DNA of 64,000 nt from Octopus sinensis (Eukaryota), in assembly GCF_006345805.1 (NCBI RefSeq), contig NC_043012.1, positions 23,374,001 to 23,438,000 on the forward strand, read 5' to 3'. Positions 12,552-24,580 of this stretch are shown piece after piece. Below the pieces are notes generated by a model that saw only the letters and a program-made list of their open reading frames with translations, was not told the DNA's origin and did not search any database. The stretch's first letter is position 1, and every line of letters starts with the position of its first letter. The translations under genes were made by a program, and so were the position numbers.

Positions 12552-12587
<36 letters not shown>

Positions 12588-12631
12588 TTTTAAAATAGGA
12601 TTGACGTAACTCTTCACAAAGGTAAACAGTC

Positions 12632-12715
12632 AAGACGAAGAGTGCGATTCAATTGTAAGATATTTTATTGAACGCGTTCAATAAAATATCTTACAATCGA
12701 ATTGCACTTTGTCTT
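12632..12715. repeat. 84-bp loopless palindrome
   Basis: Perfect 23-bp arms around gaacg|cgttc, extending to about 42 bp with few differences. Confidence 0.9.
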
Positions 12716-12734
12716 TAAAAACAATAATAATAAT

Positions 12735-12950
12735 ATCAATAATCTTTTCTACTGTAGGCACAAGGCCTAAAGTTTGGCAGGTGGGCTACTCAAATACATC
12801 GATCTAATACTCAACTGGTATTTATTTTATTGATCAATCCCCAAAAGGATGAAAGGCAAAGCTGACCTCAGTAAAATCTGAACTCAGAATGTAAAGATGC
12901 ACAAAACGCCACCAAGCATTTTGTCCAACATGCTAACAATTCTGCCACCT
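12735..12950 (-). mobile_element. Diverged SINE family M
   Basis: aaggatgaaaggcaaagctgacctcagtaaaatctgaactcagaa matches the family M reverse complement. Confidence 0.65.
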
Positions 12951-14279
12951 TATATATAATGATGATGATAATGATGATGATGATGACAACAAGCTTACTG
13001 TAAACAAATAGTGAAACAGGAATCAGTTCCAATACCAAAACAAACACTAATATTTTGTAGCAAATCAAAATAAACCATCATTTTAAATAAAATCATTCTT
13101 GGTGCCAGGAACTGGTTTATTAGTCAACTATTCAATCAACAAACATAAAATTCATCAAGTAAATTCCATTCTTCATAATACTGACTGACATAGAAACAAA
13201 AGTCTAATTTGAATCAACAAAAACAAAACCAAAAAAATGTAATGATTCTTCTCTTGACTGCTTAAAGACAAACTGATATACAAGAGAAAAACTAAACATT
13301 TCTAATCTGTTCTGTAAAATGCAAAACATCTTTATCTTCATTTGCAGCAGAATGCAGTTCAACCAACCACCCTACAAAAATAAAACAAAGCTTCCTGAAT
13401 TTACAGGTAATATTTCTGAGAAGTATTATAATAAAATCAGATTCTCATAACAATAACAGAATTCAAGGAATCGGTTGTGATTTAATGAAACAGATAAAAA
13501 AAGAAAAAAGAGGAAGAATAATTCTAGAATCTTTTTCCTTGTCAAAGAAACAAGCAAAAGAGATAGTAAAAGGATTGAACTCAATAAATGGTGCCACTGT
13601 GAAGAACAGATTGGATCAAATAAGGATGCTTGTGTGTTTTATGATTATTTTTTTTTTGCTTTTTGATGTTCTTTTATCAGGAAATATGTTGGATTTTTCC
13701 TAGAGTCATCTCTCTAAAATTTAGATGTATACAATGAAACCATTTCAAAGACATTGCTAAGACAAAAATAAATAAATAAATCAATAACAATAATAATAAA
13801 AATAATAATAATGATGATGATGATGATGATGATGATGAGGATAATAATAATAATAATAATAATTCTTTCATTTTTTTTGGTACAAGCCATATTCTTTTGA
13901 TCTCAAGACAGTGTGTGTATAGATTGATACACTTATATATAGTATATATTATGTATGGATACATCTATCTATCTATATGTATATATATATATATATAATA
14001 TATATATATGATGTCAATGAGCAAATGTGTATAAAAGAAATGTGAAAATTTCCATATGCTAATGCTTGTCATGCCTCTAAACTAGTAGAGTAAGATTTAA
14101 ATCCTGTATCATACATATTGTTGTTGCTGTATGTTAAAGCAAATATATAAATCTGTGCAATAGATGAAATATGGTAGTGTTTTAGAGAGGCTTAACTAAA
14201 CACATGCAGTTGCCATTTTTTTTTGCTTCCCCTCTTTTCCTCAGATGTGTATAAGACATATATACAATAGTTTCACTGA

Positions 14280-14329
<50 letters not shown>

Positions 14330-14934
14330 AGTGAATATCTAAGCATCAAACGATGTTATCACACGGTAGGATTTTTGGAGATGACCAAGAATTTTTTTGC
14401 ATTTTTCATTTATTATTTTAATTATTATTATTATTATTATTATTATTGAAGTTTCTACTTCCATGACAGTTCTACATTCCAGTATTAATTTTGCATTTCC
14501 TGAGCCTATGGCAGGTGTTTCAACATACTTGCATCCCTTCATTTTTGTTGAAGCAATGACATCAGCAACCATCTTTGAAGTTATCTCTGACCATTTTGTC
14601 TAGACTTAGCCATGAACAAATTATTCGTATATTTTTTTTTGTTTTATTTTATTATTTTTTTTTAGTTGTTGTCATTCACATTCCTCTCTCCTTTCTGCTA
14701 GTGTCTTTTTTTTTCCCTCTTTGTTCCTATCTGCATTGCATTTCTTTTTTCAGGTTTCTTATTACTACCATTATTCTTTGTTCTCTGTGTCCATCCATCT
14801 CCTTCTCTCACTCCTCTGATACTCTTTCATAAAGTAATTCTTTACCATTTATTCATGATGCCAGCCAAACTGTCTTTTACATTTCTAATTCTTTGCATCT
14901 TTAAAACATAGCTACACTGTGATATTAGAACATA

Positions 14935-14968
<34 letters not shown>

Positions 14969-15466
14969 AACAAACAGGCACATTCATGTACAGTCACAAA
15001 CACAATCTTTTTTTTTCTTTTCTCTCAGTTCATTTGTATTTTATCATTTAACCTTTTTGAAACAAATTCACTTAAAACTTCCCTCAGTTTGATGACACAA
15101 AACTGTTTTTTTTAAGTATTTATTTATAAATTTAGATATCCCGTTAATATTTTATGTGTGGACCATTTGTGAAGTTGTGTTCCAAATGCTAAGCTTGATA
15201 AGAGAGGAGTTCAAAATTTTAATAAATCCTTCCAAATCATATTTAACCAAGGTTAAAAGTCCTGTTATCATTGTCATCTCTGCCCATTATGCTTCTTGGG
15301 TTTTGGTGTACCCCAGTCACTTGATGACTTCAGAACCCTTGTTTAAATTTCTATTGCATAATGCAATTCATACCAACCCCAGTTGGTACATGCATACGGT
15401 TGGTACATTTCTAGACAACATATTTTACAAAGCAAAAATATCAAACATGGTCTCCATCCATTTCAA

Positions 15467-15537
15467 TAGAAAGTGTAGTTTCGGGCTACAAACCTCTGGG
15501 TTATGGGCCCAGCATGCTTCCACGGCACCACTTTAGC
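15467..15537 (-). tRNA. Initiator tRNA-Met(CAT)-like sequence, probably a pseudogene or tRNA-derived repeat head
   Basis: GCTAAAG TG GTGC CGTGGAA GCAT G CTGGG CCCATAA CCCAG AGGTT TGTAG CCCGAAA CTACA CTTTCTA; anticodon arm matches eukaryotic tRNAi-Met; D and T stems paired; acceptor stem only 4/7; T-loop altered. Confidence 0.75.
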
Positions 15538-15625
15538 AAATATATGAGGTATTATCTCTGATATTACCTGTTTTGGGCCGCATTACTTCTCATATATCAT
15601 CCATCAGATGCTATCTATTTATCAT

Positions 15626-15995
15626 ATACTAGCACTGTGACCTGGCAATGCTGGGTCATAGTGCTAGTGCATGCATATACAGCTGCGTGTGTGCACACAT
15701 ACACGCGAGTACTGTCCAAATCTCCGACCAATCACATACAGCTAGCCGCCATTCAATTGGCATATCAAGTTTCGGGCATTTTGATTGGGTTTTGGATAGA
15801 AAATTCACAAAAAAGTCACTTCTATTGATTTTTTTAATGGCTTTGCGGGGTGGCTGGGGAAATGTAAAGATGTGCACGATCACCCTTGGACGGTTTTAAA
15901 TGACCATAGAAAGTGTGAGCCCTCTAACTGAAAACTTGTGGATTTGTATAAAGGACACACACACATACATTTTGCCGTTTATATATACAGAGATT
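15626..15995 (+). mobile_element. Possible Helitron/Helentron-associated non-autonomous element (HINE-like)
   Basis: 5' hairpin actagcactgtgacc...ggtcatagtgctagt (15628-15668), (CA)n near the 3' end, terminus ttttgccgtttatatatacagagat; family assignment from remembered architecture only. Confidence 0.35.
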
Positions 15996-16671
15996 TATTT
16001 CTTTGCAATGCACCATTTCACATGTAGGAAATATATTAAAGACGCGATGTATGCTGCAGCACTAGGATATTAATTTACTAACAGAAAATTGGTATTTCAC
16101 TCTGCATATAGTCCAAGAGTCACATTTGACAAACCACATGCATAGATATGTGTTTTGTAAGGTTTCTGGATGTCTCTTCATTCGCCATTTTCAGATCAAC
16201 CAGTAGCAAAAGAACTCTATAAATGTTGCCATAACACAACATAGCAAGTGAACCTTTGAGTAGCTGATGGTTTTGAGAATTAACTGAAGCTTCCAGATAA
16301 TATTTCCTTGGAAAATATTGTCGCAAAAAAGGTTAAGTAGGAGCTTTACAATTCTTTTAACGTGGTATTATTATGTTTTTAAGTGCTTTCAAGAGGAAAT
16401 ATTGAAGCAAAGAGTGGGGAAACATTTGAGAGATAGTAAGCGAACAGATTATGAAATGAGAAAGCAGGAAAATAATTTTAAAATTAGAAGAAAGAAAGTG
16501 AAGTCAGAAAGATGGAAAGGAGAACTGGAAGAGAGGTAAGATTGCAATAAAAGAGTGGAATTGAGATAAATTAATGAACTAAAGAGGAATATTAGGAAGA
16601 AGTAAGAAAATGTAGCAGAGGAAGAAAAGGAGAAAAATAAGAGAAGGAAAGGATTGAAAGCAAAATGAAGG

Positions 16672-16860
16672 AACTACTTGTGTGGTTAAGGAGCTGGGGG
16701 GTTCAGTTCCACTACATGGTACCTTGGGCAAATCCCCAAGTTCATTATAGTTTTGAATAGATCTAATGGATGGAAACTGAAAGAAGCTCATTGTGTGTGT
16801 GTGTGTGTGTGAGTCTATCCTAGTGTTGACATCATGTGACAGTTATAAGTGAATGTTATT
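16672..16860 (+). mobile_element. Diverged SINE family C, 5' half
   Basis: gtggttaag...ggttcagttccac...ccttgggcaa...gatggaaactgaaagaagc. Confidence 0.65.
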
Positions 16861-18287
16861 TAATTCCTGTATTTTGCAAAAACATTTTCTGGCGACAGGG
16901 AAATATTATTTTGCTTAAAAAGCAGGTAAAGGTTGAAGATGGAATTAGTTTATTATTAAGGTTTAATTGGAGCTAAGCAACACATAACTGACCCCTCCCA
17001 CCAAAAAAAAAAAAAAACCCATTAATTACGCGATTGATTAGGTGAGTTAACAGAGATGATAAAGAAAAGGGTTAGATAATCTGGAGCATTTTCATTCTTT
17101 TGTCTCATAGTTCTGCATTCACATTCTTCTCAAGTCTATAATATACCAGTAATATATTACACTTAATTCTATACACTGTAGATCTTACTTAAAAAAAGAA
17201 TTGTAAAGAACAAAGCGAACAAAGCATTTTTTTTTGTCTCATGTTTTGTTTTTCACTTTCATCTAATAAAGAAAATCTTCATGTGATAACTTATACTTTT
17301 CAAGACCACTGTTATACATTAGCACCCGGCATATACTGTTTTTGTTTGTATATAAATGATGCATTTTTCTTTAAAAAAAAAATATCTCAAAAATTCGTCC
17401 AGGGTCCTATATATAAAGTTGGAGATCCTATAGTCTTTAATGCACTAAAACACTAAAATCTCTTTTCTGCTGAAATTGGGGTGGATCTAATATGCCCATG
17501 CAGCTTTTATGCCATCAAATACAGTAAGTGTTATTAGATAGTTCAGACATATTTAACTGAGGTCAATTCAACCAACTAGCAGACACTAAAAGACACTAGC
17601 TATTATAGATTTAGTCATTTCACTCTTTTGTTTTAATGTCTCAGATTTAGTTGAGATATTTTATTTCCGAGATTTTTTTTCAGATTTTCAAAAAGAGAAA
17701 AAATGAAAGAAAAGCCATTAAGCTTTTTTTATATTTAATTTAAACACCAAAAAAAAAAAAAAGTCAATAAATAAAGTTTAACATAGCTTTTGACTCATCA
17801 CTATCTTGCTAGGAACATATTTTAACCAGCTGTTACAACCAACCACATTACCTAATGCTTTAAGAAGTAGATTAAGAACATTGCAATATAATTTTGTACT
17901 CAACATTTGCAAATAACACTAACACTAAAAAACAAAAAAAAAATCACATAATAATGAAAAGCAAAAGCAAAAAAAAAACCCACCCAGAAAATATTCGATA
18001 ACTTACTTTTAATCTAAACAAAATTTGGCAGTGAAATATAGTTTTAGAAGGAGAGGACTTTCTTGAAGACATATGTTGATCATTAAGCAGGAACAAAAAA
18101 CTCAGACAATTTTTTGTATGTGTTTCCATGACAACAGACAAAGTCTACATGTGTTTCAAGATAGCAAACAAGATTTCTAAAATCTGTCTTTCTCTGTGAA
18201 TTCATGTGTGTGTGTGTGTATGTGTGTGTGTGCGTGTGTTTGTGTATGTATATATATACACACAAGCCACACACATACACACACAAA

Positions 18288-18323
<36 letters not shown>

Positions 18324-18717
18324 ATTCTTTTTTTCTCTTGCACATACCTACAAATATGCATCTATCCATTCATGTGTGTCTTTACATCTGTCTATTTACA
18401 TCTATTTATCTACATATGTACATGCACAGATATACATTATATGCTGATACACACACACACACACACAAAGCCACTGTATATTTTATTTTATTTATATATT
18501 GGATTATGTGGTCCAAACAGAACAAAACTACTAATGGTTATTTGATGTATTTGCAAAACTCACAGGACGCACAGACGAGAACATATTAGATAATTTTTAA
18601 GTCACATCTGAGAAAGAGAGCGAATAAAGCAAAATGAAAAAGTTAAAGGTGAAGAGAGAAGGAATAAAGAAAAAAACAAAACAAGGAAGAGAAATACAGA
18701 ATGGTATAATAGGGAAA

Positions 18718-18949
18718 AGGCGTCGAGCTGGCAGAATTATTAGCACGCCGGGCGAAATGCGTAGCCGTATTTCGTCTGCCGTTACGTCCTGAGTTCAAAT
18801 TCTGCCTAGGTTGACTTTGCCTTTCATCCTTTCGGGGTTAATAAATTAAGTACCAGTTACGCACTGGGGGCGACATAATCGACTTAATCCGTTTGTCTCT
18901 CCTTGTTTGTCCCCTCTGTGTTTTGCCCCTTGTGGGTAGTAAAGAAATA
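18718..18949 (+). mobile_element. SINE family M, full length with 15-bp TSD
   Basis: TSD ggtataatagggaaa at 18703-18717 and 18950-18964; B box gagttcaaattc. Confidence 0.92.
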
Positions 18950-19281
18950 GGTATAATAGGGAAAGAAAAAGTTTTATGCAAATATTATGGGGGAAAAAAA
19001 AAATTCTTCAGTAGCCTAAAATATTAATGTTAGAGTCTCCTATAGCTTTGGCAAATGAGGGTCCAGCAAGGATACAGCTGCAGAGTTTTCTTAGTTTGAT
19101 GTTTGGCTGTCTTGTTTCATGAGGGAATTCAGATCTAGCTAGGACTTGCAGGTCTGGTTGCAGAGATTGCAGTAGTGGCCACAGATTAGTCCTAACAACT
19201 AAAAATGACAGTGTCATACATTTTCTAAGAGGATCACAAAAAAAAAAAAAGGAAAAGACAAAGAGAAAAATTATTAGGCAC

Positions 19282-19395
19282 AGAATAAGTACTGGGCTTA
19301 CAAAGAATAAGTCCTGGGGTCGAGTTGCTCGATTAAAGGCGATGCTCCAGCATGGCTGCAGTCAAATGACTGAAACAAGTAAAAGAGTAAAGAGT
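19282..19395 (+). mobile_element. SINE family C 3' tail fragment
   Basis: Matches 2294-2408. Confidence 0.85.
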
Positions 19396-19505
19396 ATGAA
19401 AATAACACACACACACACACGGTGTGTCATATTTGATGGCGTATAAGATGCACTATTTTTGAAGAACATGTGTGAAACTGTATATATATATATATATAAT
19501 ATATA

Positions 19506-19839
19506 TATTGTTATATTTCGGAATGGTCATATTGCCAGTTTAGCCAATAAAAACACACGCACTATATATTTGGTGTTATTTTGCTTCAGTGATATTTATT
19601 TTTTACATTAATCTTAATCTTATTTCGGCCAAAGTTCTTTCGTCACACTCCTGTGACCGCATCAGTGGTCCTTTGTTTTCTTCTCACTTATTTGTGTCTC
19701 TCCTTACTAACCGTCAGCCGAAATAAGATTAAGATTAATGTAAAAAATAAATATCACTGAAGCAAATTAACACCAAATACATAGTGCATGTGTTTTTATT
19801 GGCTAAACTGCAAAATGACCACTCCGAAATATAACAATA
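19506..19839. mobile_element. Fold-back element: ~124-bp inverted arms, 87-bp spacer with hammerhead-like motif
   Basis: Arms 19506-19629 and 19717-19839 are about 93% reverse-complementary; (TA)n at the left end and about 55 bp beyond the right end. Confidence 0.85.
19627..19671 (-). ncRNA. Type I hammerhead-like motif (A9C variant)
   Basis: GGACCA-CUGAUGC-G-GUCAC-AGGAGU-GUGAC-GAA-AG-AA-CU-U-UGGCC. Confidence 0.55.
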
Positions 19840-19892
19840 TCTGTTTCAACACATGACTTCACATAAAAAATCTTGCACAACAAATATTTAAA

Positions 19893-19893
19893 C

Positions 19894-19961
<68 letters not shown>

Positions 19962-20045
19962 CGTGTATGTTTGTGTGTCTGTGTTTGTCTCCCTAGCATT
20001 GCTTGACAACCGATGCTGGTGTGTTTATGTCCCCGTTACTTAGTA
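19893..20045 (+). mobile_element. SINE family C middle fragment with (TA)n
   Basis: Matches 2165-2270, then jumps directly to taaaagagtaaagag. Confidence 0.8.
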
Positions 20046-20403
20046 AAAGAGTAAAGAGTATGAAAATACACACACACACACGGTGTGTCATATTTGATGG
20101 CGTATAAGATGCACTTTTTTTTAAGAACATGTGTGAAAATGTCACCCTGAGTCCAGTATGTGATATCAAGCCTCCCCTGAGTCCTATACGCGATATCAGG
20201 CCTCTCATAAACTTTAATACACTAAAAATATTTTTCCTGAATAAGTGCTGCATCTATTTAATATACCAGTATGTCTTTTATCCCATCAAATACAATATAC
20301 ATGCTATATCTATCTTTCTATCTATACACACACACACACACACACACATATAGCTAGATATATATAGTTACATGTATGTATGTGTGTGTATGTATATATA
20401 TAT

Positions 20404-20708
20404 GTGGAGGCGCAATGGCCATGTGGTTAGGGCAGCGGACTCGCGGTTGTAGGATAGCGGTTTTGATTCCCAGACCGGGCGTTGTGAGTGTTTATTGAGC
20501 GAAAACACCTAAAAGCTCCACGATGCTCCGGCAGGGGGTGGTGATCCCTGCTGTACTCTCACCACTCTTTCTCCCACTCTTTCTTCTGTTGGCCTGCTCG
20601 CTTAGCCAGTGGGGTGGCATCATTCAAAGGCTAAAACAATGCAAACACATTGTGACCAGGGATGTGTAACAACATCTGATGGTCTGGTCGGTCACGTGAT
20701 CACATGAT
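20404..20708 (+). mobile_element. tRNA-derived SINE family 3, near full length
   Basis: tRNA-like head ggaggcgcaatggccatgtggttagggcagcggactc...gattcccag; its tail recurs reversed at 57266-57388. Confidence 0.8.
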
Positions 20709-20789
20709 ATATATATATATATATATTTTTGTATATATATATGTATATGTAGATTATTTAATATTCCGGATACCAGATGTTGGTATTAA

Positions 20790-21200
20790 ATAAGGTAATG
20801 GATTAAATTTATCACCCAAGTAACCCAAGGTGGAATTTGAACATTGAATGTGAAGAGATGGAGCAAATACCAGAAGGCATTGTGTCCAAAATTCTTACAC
20901 TTCAGCCAATCCAATTCTTCGAGTTCATACTTCATTTCATGGACCCTGAAAGGATGAAAGATAAATTTGACTCTGGGGGGACTTGAATACCAAGTGCAGA
21001 TATTTAGAGTAAATACCACAAGGAACCTGTTCTTATGTTCTTACAATTCTGCCAGTCTTCCCTTCCTGGATTCGACTGTTATGTTTTTATTAACCCTGAA
21101 AAGATGGTGAGAAAGTTGGCCCGTAGCTGGATTTGAACCCAGTGTGCAGGATGTTGTCAAAAATGCCATAACATAAAGCATTTTGTCCAATGCTTTGACA
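20790..21200 (-). mobile_element. Two old SINE family M relics
   Basis: ccctgaaaggatgaaagataaatttgac and ccctgaaaagatgg...ggatttgaaccc motifs. Confidence 0.5.
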
Positions 21201-22349
21201 TCTCTAATAGTTTGTCACAAAGAAACAAACTTATACAGGTTGATGCATTGTAGGTTTATTTCTTCAAAAGTGAACCTATTGTCATCCAGTTTTTAGAATG
21301 AAAGCTTCAGTTAAGAAAAAAAAAAAGAATTTAGTCCAGAAACTGCTAACGTTAAAGAACAAGGGTTTGGTAAGCAGCAGACAGTTTGTCTCCATCAGTA
21401 TTTAAAGCAATATGAATAACAATTAGATTGAAAGTACACACACATAGAGTTGAAATCAAGTTGTTGACAGAATAGATTGATGTGTATACTTCTTATTTGA
21501 AAAGAACAGAAAACAATGACAACAACAACAGCAACAACAACAAGAGATTGCTATGGTCCAAGAAATAAGAAAATAGTATGTATAAGAAAAAAGAAAATGG
21601 TCATAAAGAAAAGTCAATGAAACACATCAGTTTTTACATAACAAATTAGATTATTGTGACAATGTAGAGAAGAAATCTGGTTAAAATAACTTCAAACAAT
21701 CAGTGACCGATTCCAAAAGCAGTTAGCAAACTGGTAAACCAAGATAAAAAAAGAAAACTTAAAGTTTCTAACATGGTATTTTAGCAAATAATTCATAAAT
21801 ATATTTTTGCATATTTCCACAATTATTGAGAGGAAATAGCATCCTCATCCCTACCCCATGATCTAAAGTTTGCATTTTCTCTTTTGCACACCTTCTTGTA
21901 CATTACTGCTCTGATGCTTATTTCTGAGTGAACCAAGACACAGAGCGTTAATTGTCTTTATACAGGAAATAGTTTTCACATCAAAATTACTTATTTATAA
22001 CTTGTCTTCAAGTAATACATCCTAACGAAGCTTTTCCAGGAAACCTTTCCCACGTATAAATCATCAGTGGAGAAAAGCACCATAATGAAAGTCGTTATCT
22101 CTCAGTCAGATGAATTCTGAGTTGGTTTTGGTTCACAGGTGAGACTGATCCAACCTCAATTATACTGTTTATGCAGTTGAGGAAAACATGATGCCATCCA
22201 ATTTCATTTCTTTGCTTTTGAATATATATAGCATAAAGTGATACCAAAACATTATTCAGAATAAAATGAACATCAGATGGGCACTTCCTTCAGTCTCCAG
22301 AATTTAAGCCTAATTCAAAACTGATGACGTTTTAACAAAATAATTAAGT

Positions 22350-22645
22350 CATGGTTGTGTGGTTAAGAAGCTAGTGCTGTAAACAATGATTTGGGGTTCA
22401 GTTCCACTTTGTGACACCTTGGGCAAGTGTCTTCTACTGTTGCTTCAGGATGACCAATAACCTGTGAGTGAATTTGGTAGATAGAAACTGTGTGGAAGCC
22501 TGCCTCATATGTATGTATGTATGCATTTATATACTTACCTACATATATATGTATTTATATGTGTGTGCATATATATATGTATGTATATATATATATATAT
22601 ATATGTGTGTGTATATATATATGTATGTATATATATATATATATA

Positions 22646-22690
<45 letters not shown>

Positions 22691-22955
22691 CCACACATAT
22701 ATATATATACATACATACGTGTGTGTAAGTGAGTGTTTTTGTTTCTGTGTTTATCTCCCTGATTATACCAGTCGACAACAGGTGTTGGTTTGTTTATACC
22801 CCCATAACTTAACAGTTTGACAAAAGAGACTAATACAATGAATAACAGACTAAGAAAAAGAACTAAAGTTGATTTGTTTGACTATAACCCTTCAAGGTGG
22901 TGCCCCAGCACAGCAACACCCACCAAGTAAACAAATAAAACTGAACCAAGAAAAA
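22350..22955 (+). mobile_element. Diverged SINE family C with internal microsatellite expanded to ~225 bp
   Basis: Head 22350-22503, TA/TG tract 22505-22730, tail 22730-22955. Confidence 0.75.
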
Positions 22956-23099
22956 AAGATAAAACTTCAATGTTATTCAATAATACTTCAAAAAGCAAAT
23001 ATATAGGTTAATGTTAAGAGAGAAACAATGAAACTGATATAAATTTGAAATCAAAGATTAGACACTACTAAAATATGAAATAAGGATTTCACGTTGCAA

Positions 23100-23560
23100 A
23101 AATGTTTGAAGTAACACCAAATCTTTTTAATCTTTTATCATTTTCTGATATTTTATCAATATGGGTCTTCTTAGCTGCTGGCTCTTAAGAGTCTCACTTT
23201 ATTTCCATTGTTTGGAAACAATGATTTTCCACTTGACAACAAAACATCTGAAAACCTTTCATCACTCCCAAGGGGTCGCAGAGCTTTTTGCTTGTTAACT
23301 GCATGTAACTCTGGCATGCTCGTGTTCATAACGCAAGTTGATCCTCAATAGATGATATGGCCATTTTCGAAAGTCACTAAAGCCAATACATTTTACTACT
23401 ATATCCAATGCCATGCTTAGTGATTTTAATCAGACTAACACCATTCTCCATTACGATGTCCATAGTAGCTGCATTATTCCGTGAGGCAGTGGTGTGCCGA
23501 TTTCACTAATATTTTTATGCTTACGACTCCACATACCTTGTAACAATGATACACCCTGAT
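23100..23560 (-). mobile_element. Possible very decayed Tc1/mariner transposase relic
   Basis: Minus-strand pieces RHTTASRNNAATMDIVMENG and SKMAISSIEDQLAL*TRACQSYMQLTSKK loosely resemble the mariner HTH/linker region; many stops. Confidence 0.3.
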
Positions 23561-24071
23561 GGGGATGGCTGCATCTAAAGATTAAAAAGACAGACATTAG
23601 GATAGAGATTTCTATCTTTTTCTCTTTTTTTATGTTTCCATCACATTTCCCAAGAGTTACTCAACTGACCAACTAAGTGTAATGACTCAAACTTCCAATG
23701 GCAGTCTAGATTTAATATTACTGAAGATGAACCATCATCATAATTGTCATCATTGCAATCTTAACATCCATTTTCCCATGCAGGTAAGAAATGGCCTTCT
23801 GTTAGCAGAATAGCATGTTCCTGTAAGTACTTTGCTTCTCGTTTCTTCTTAGAGCCAAACGTTGCTCATTTAACGAGACATGGAATAATCGTTTGTTGCT
23901 ATGCACTACACAAGTTAATATAATAAGCCCAAAGTCTTTTACTTCAATATCTATTTTACCGGTCTGGCATGAATAAGAAAAAGTTCTGAGAGAAGTTGAG
24001 AAAGTAAACAAACAAGAGTTGAAAACATCAATGTAAAGTGTCTGAGAGAAATCTCTAGGCCAGTAATGATA

Positions 24072-24300
24072 TCATCACCATCATTTTAACATTCATTTCT
24101 CTATGCTTGCATTGCTTGGTGGCAGGGAGGTGCTTGAAGCAGATTTTTACGGTTGGATGCCCTTCCTGTCACCAACATTTACCTGTTTCTAAGCAAGATT
24201 ATATTTTCCCATGAGCTGCTGCTGCTGCTTGTGTAACAGTGTCACTCATTTACAACTATCATGTGGCGTCAAGACGAGAACACATGAACATACACACAGT
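24072..24300 (-). mobile_element. Diverged RTE-type tail repeat
   Basis: ggttggatgcccttcctgtcaccaac preceded by catcaccatcat. Confidence 0.6.
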
Positions 24301-24484
24301 CAGTCAAACAGCCATATACACAAGGGCTTGTACATTTACCTGAAATATTGAAGGTAAAAGTAAAATGCCTTGTGAAGTAGTTTTTATTATAACCTGCACT
24401 ATTTTAACTTTGAAAACAAATTTTAAAAACACTTTTATATATATATATATCAGACAATGCCCCACGCAAACCATACTACTCTGC

Positions 24485-24535
<51 letters not shown>

Positions 24536-24580
24536 AAACAAGTAAAGTTAGAAAATGCTAAAATAATTTTATAAAGAACA

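Noticed and set aside
12868-13068. Hydrophobic TM-like minus-strand ORF
   Set aside because: T-rich composition and a (ATC)n tract explain it; short, with an upstream in-frame stop.
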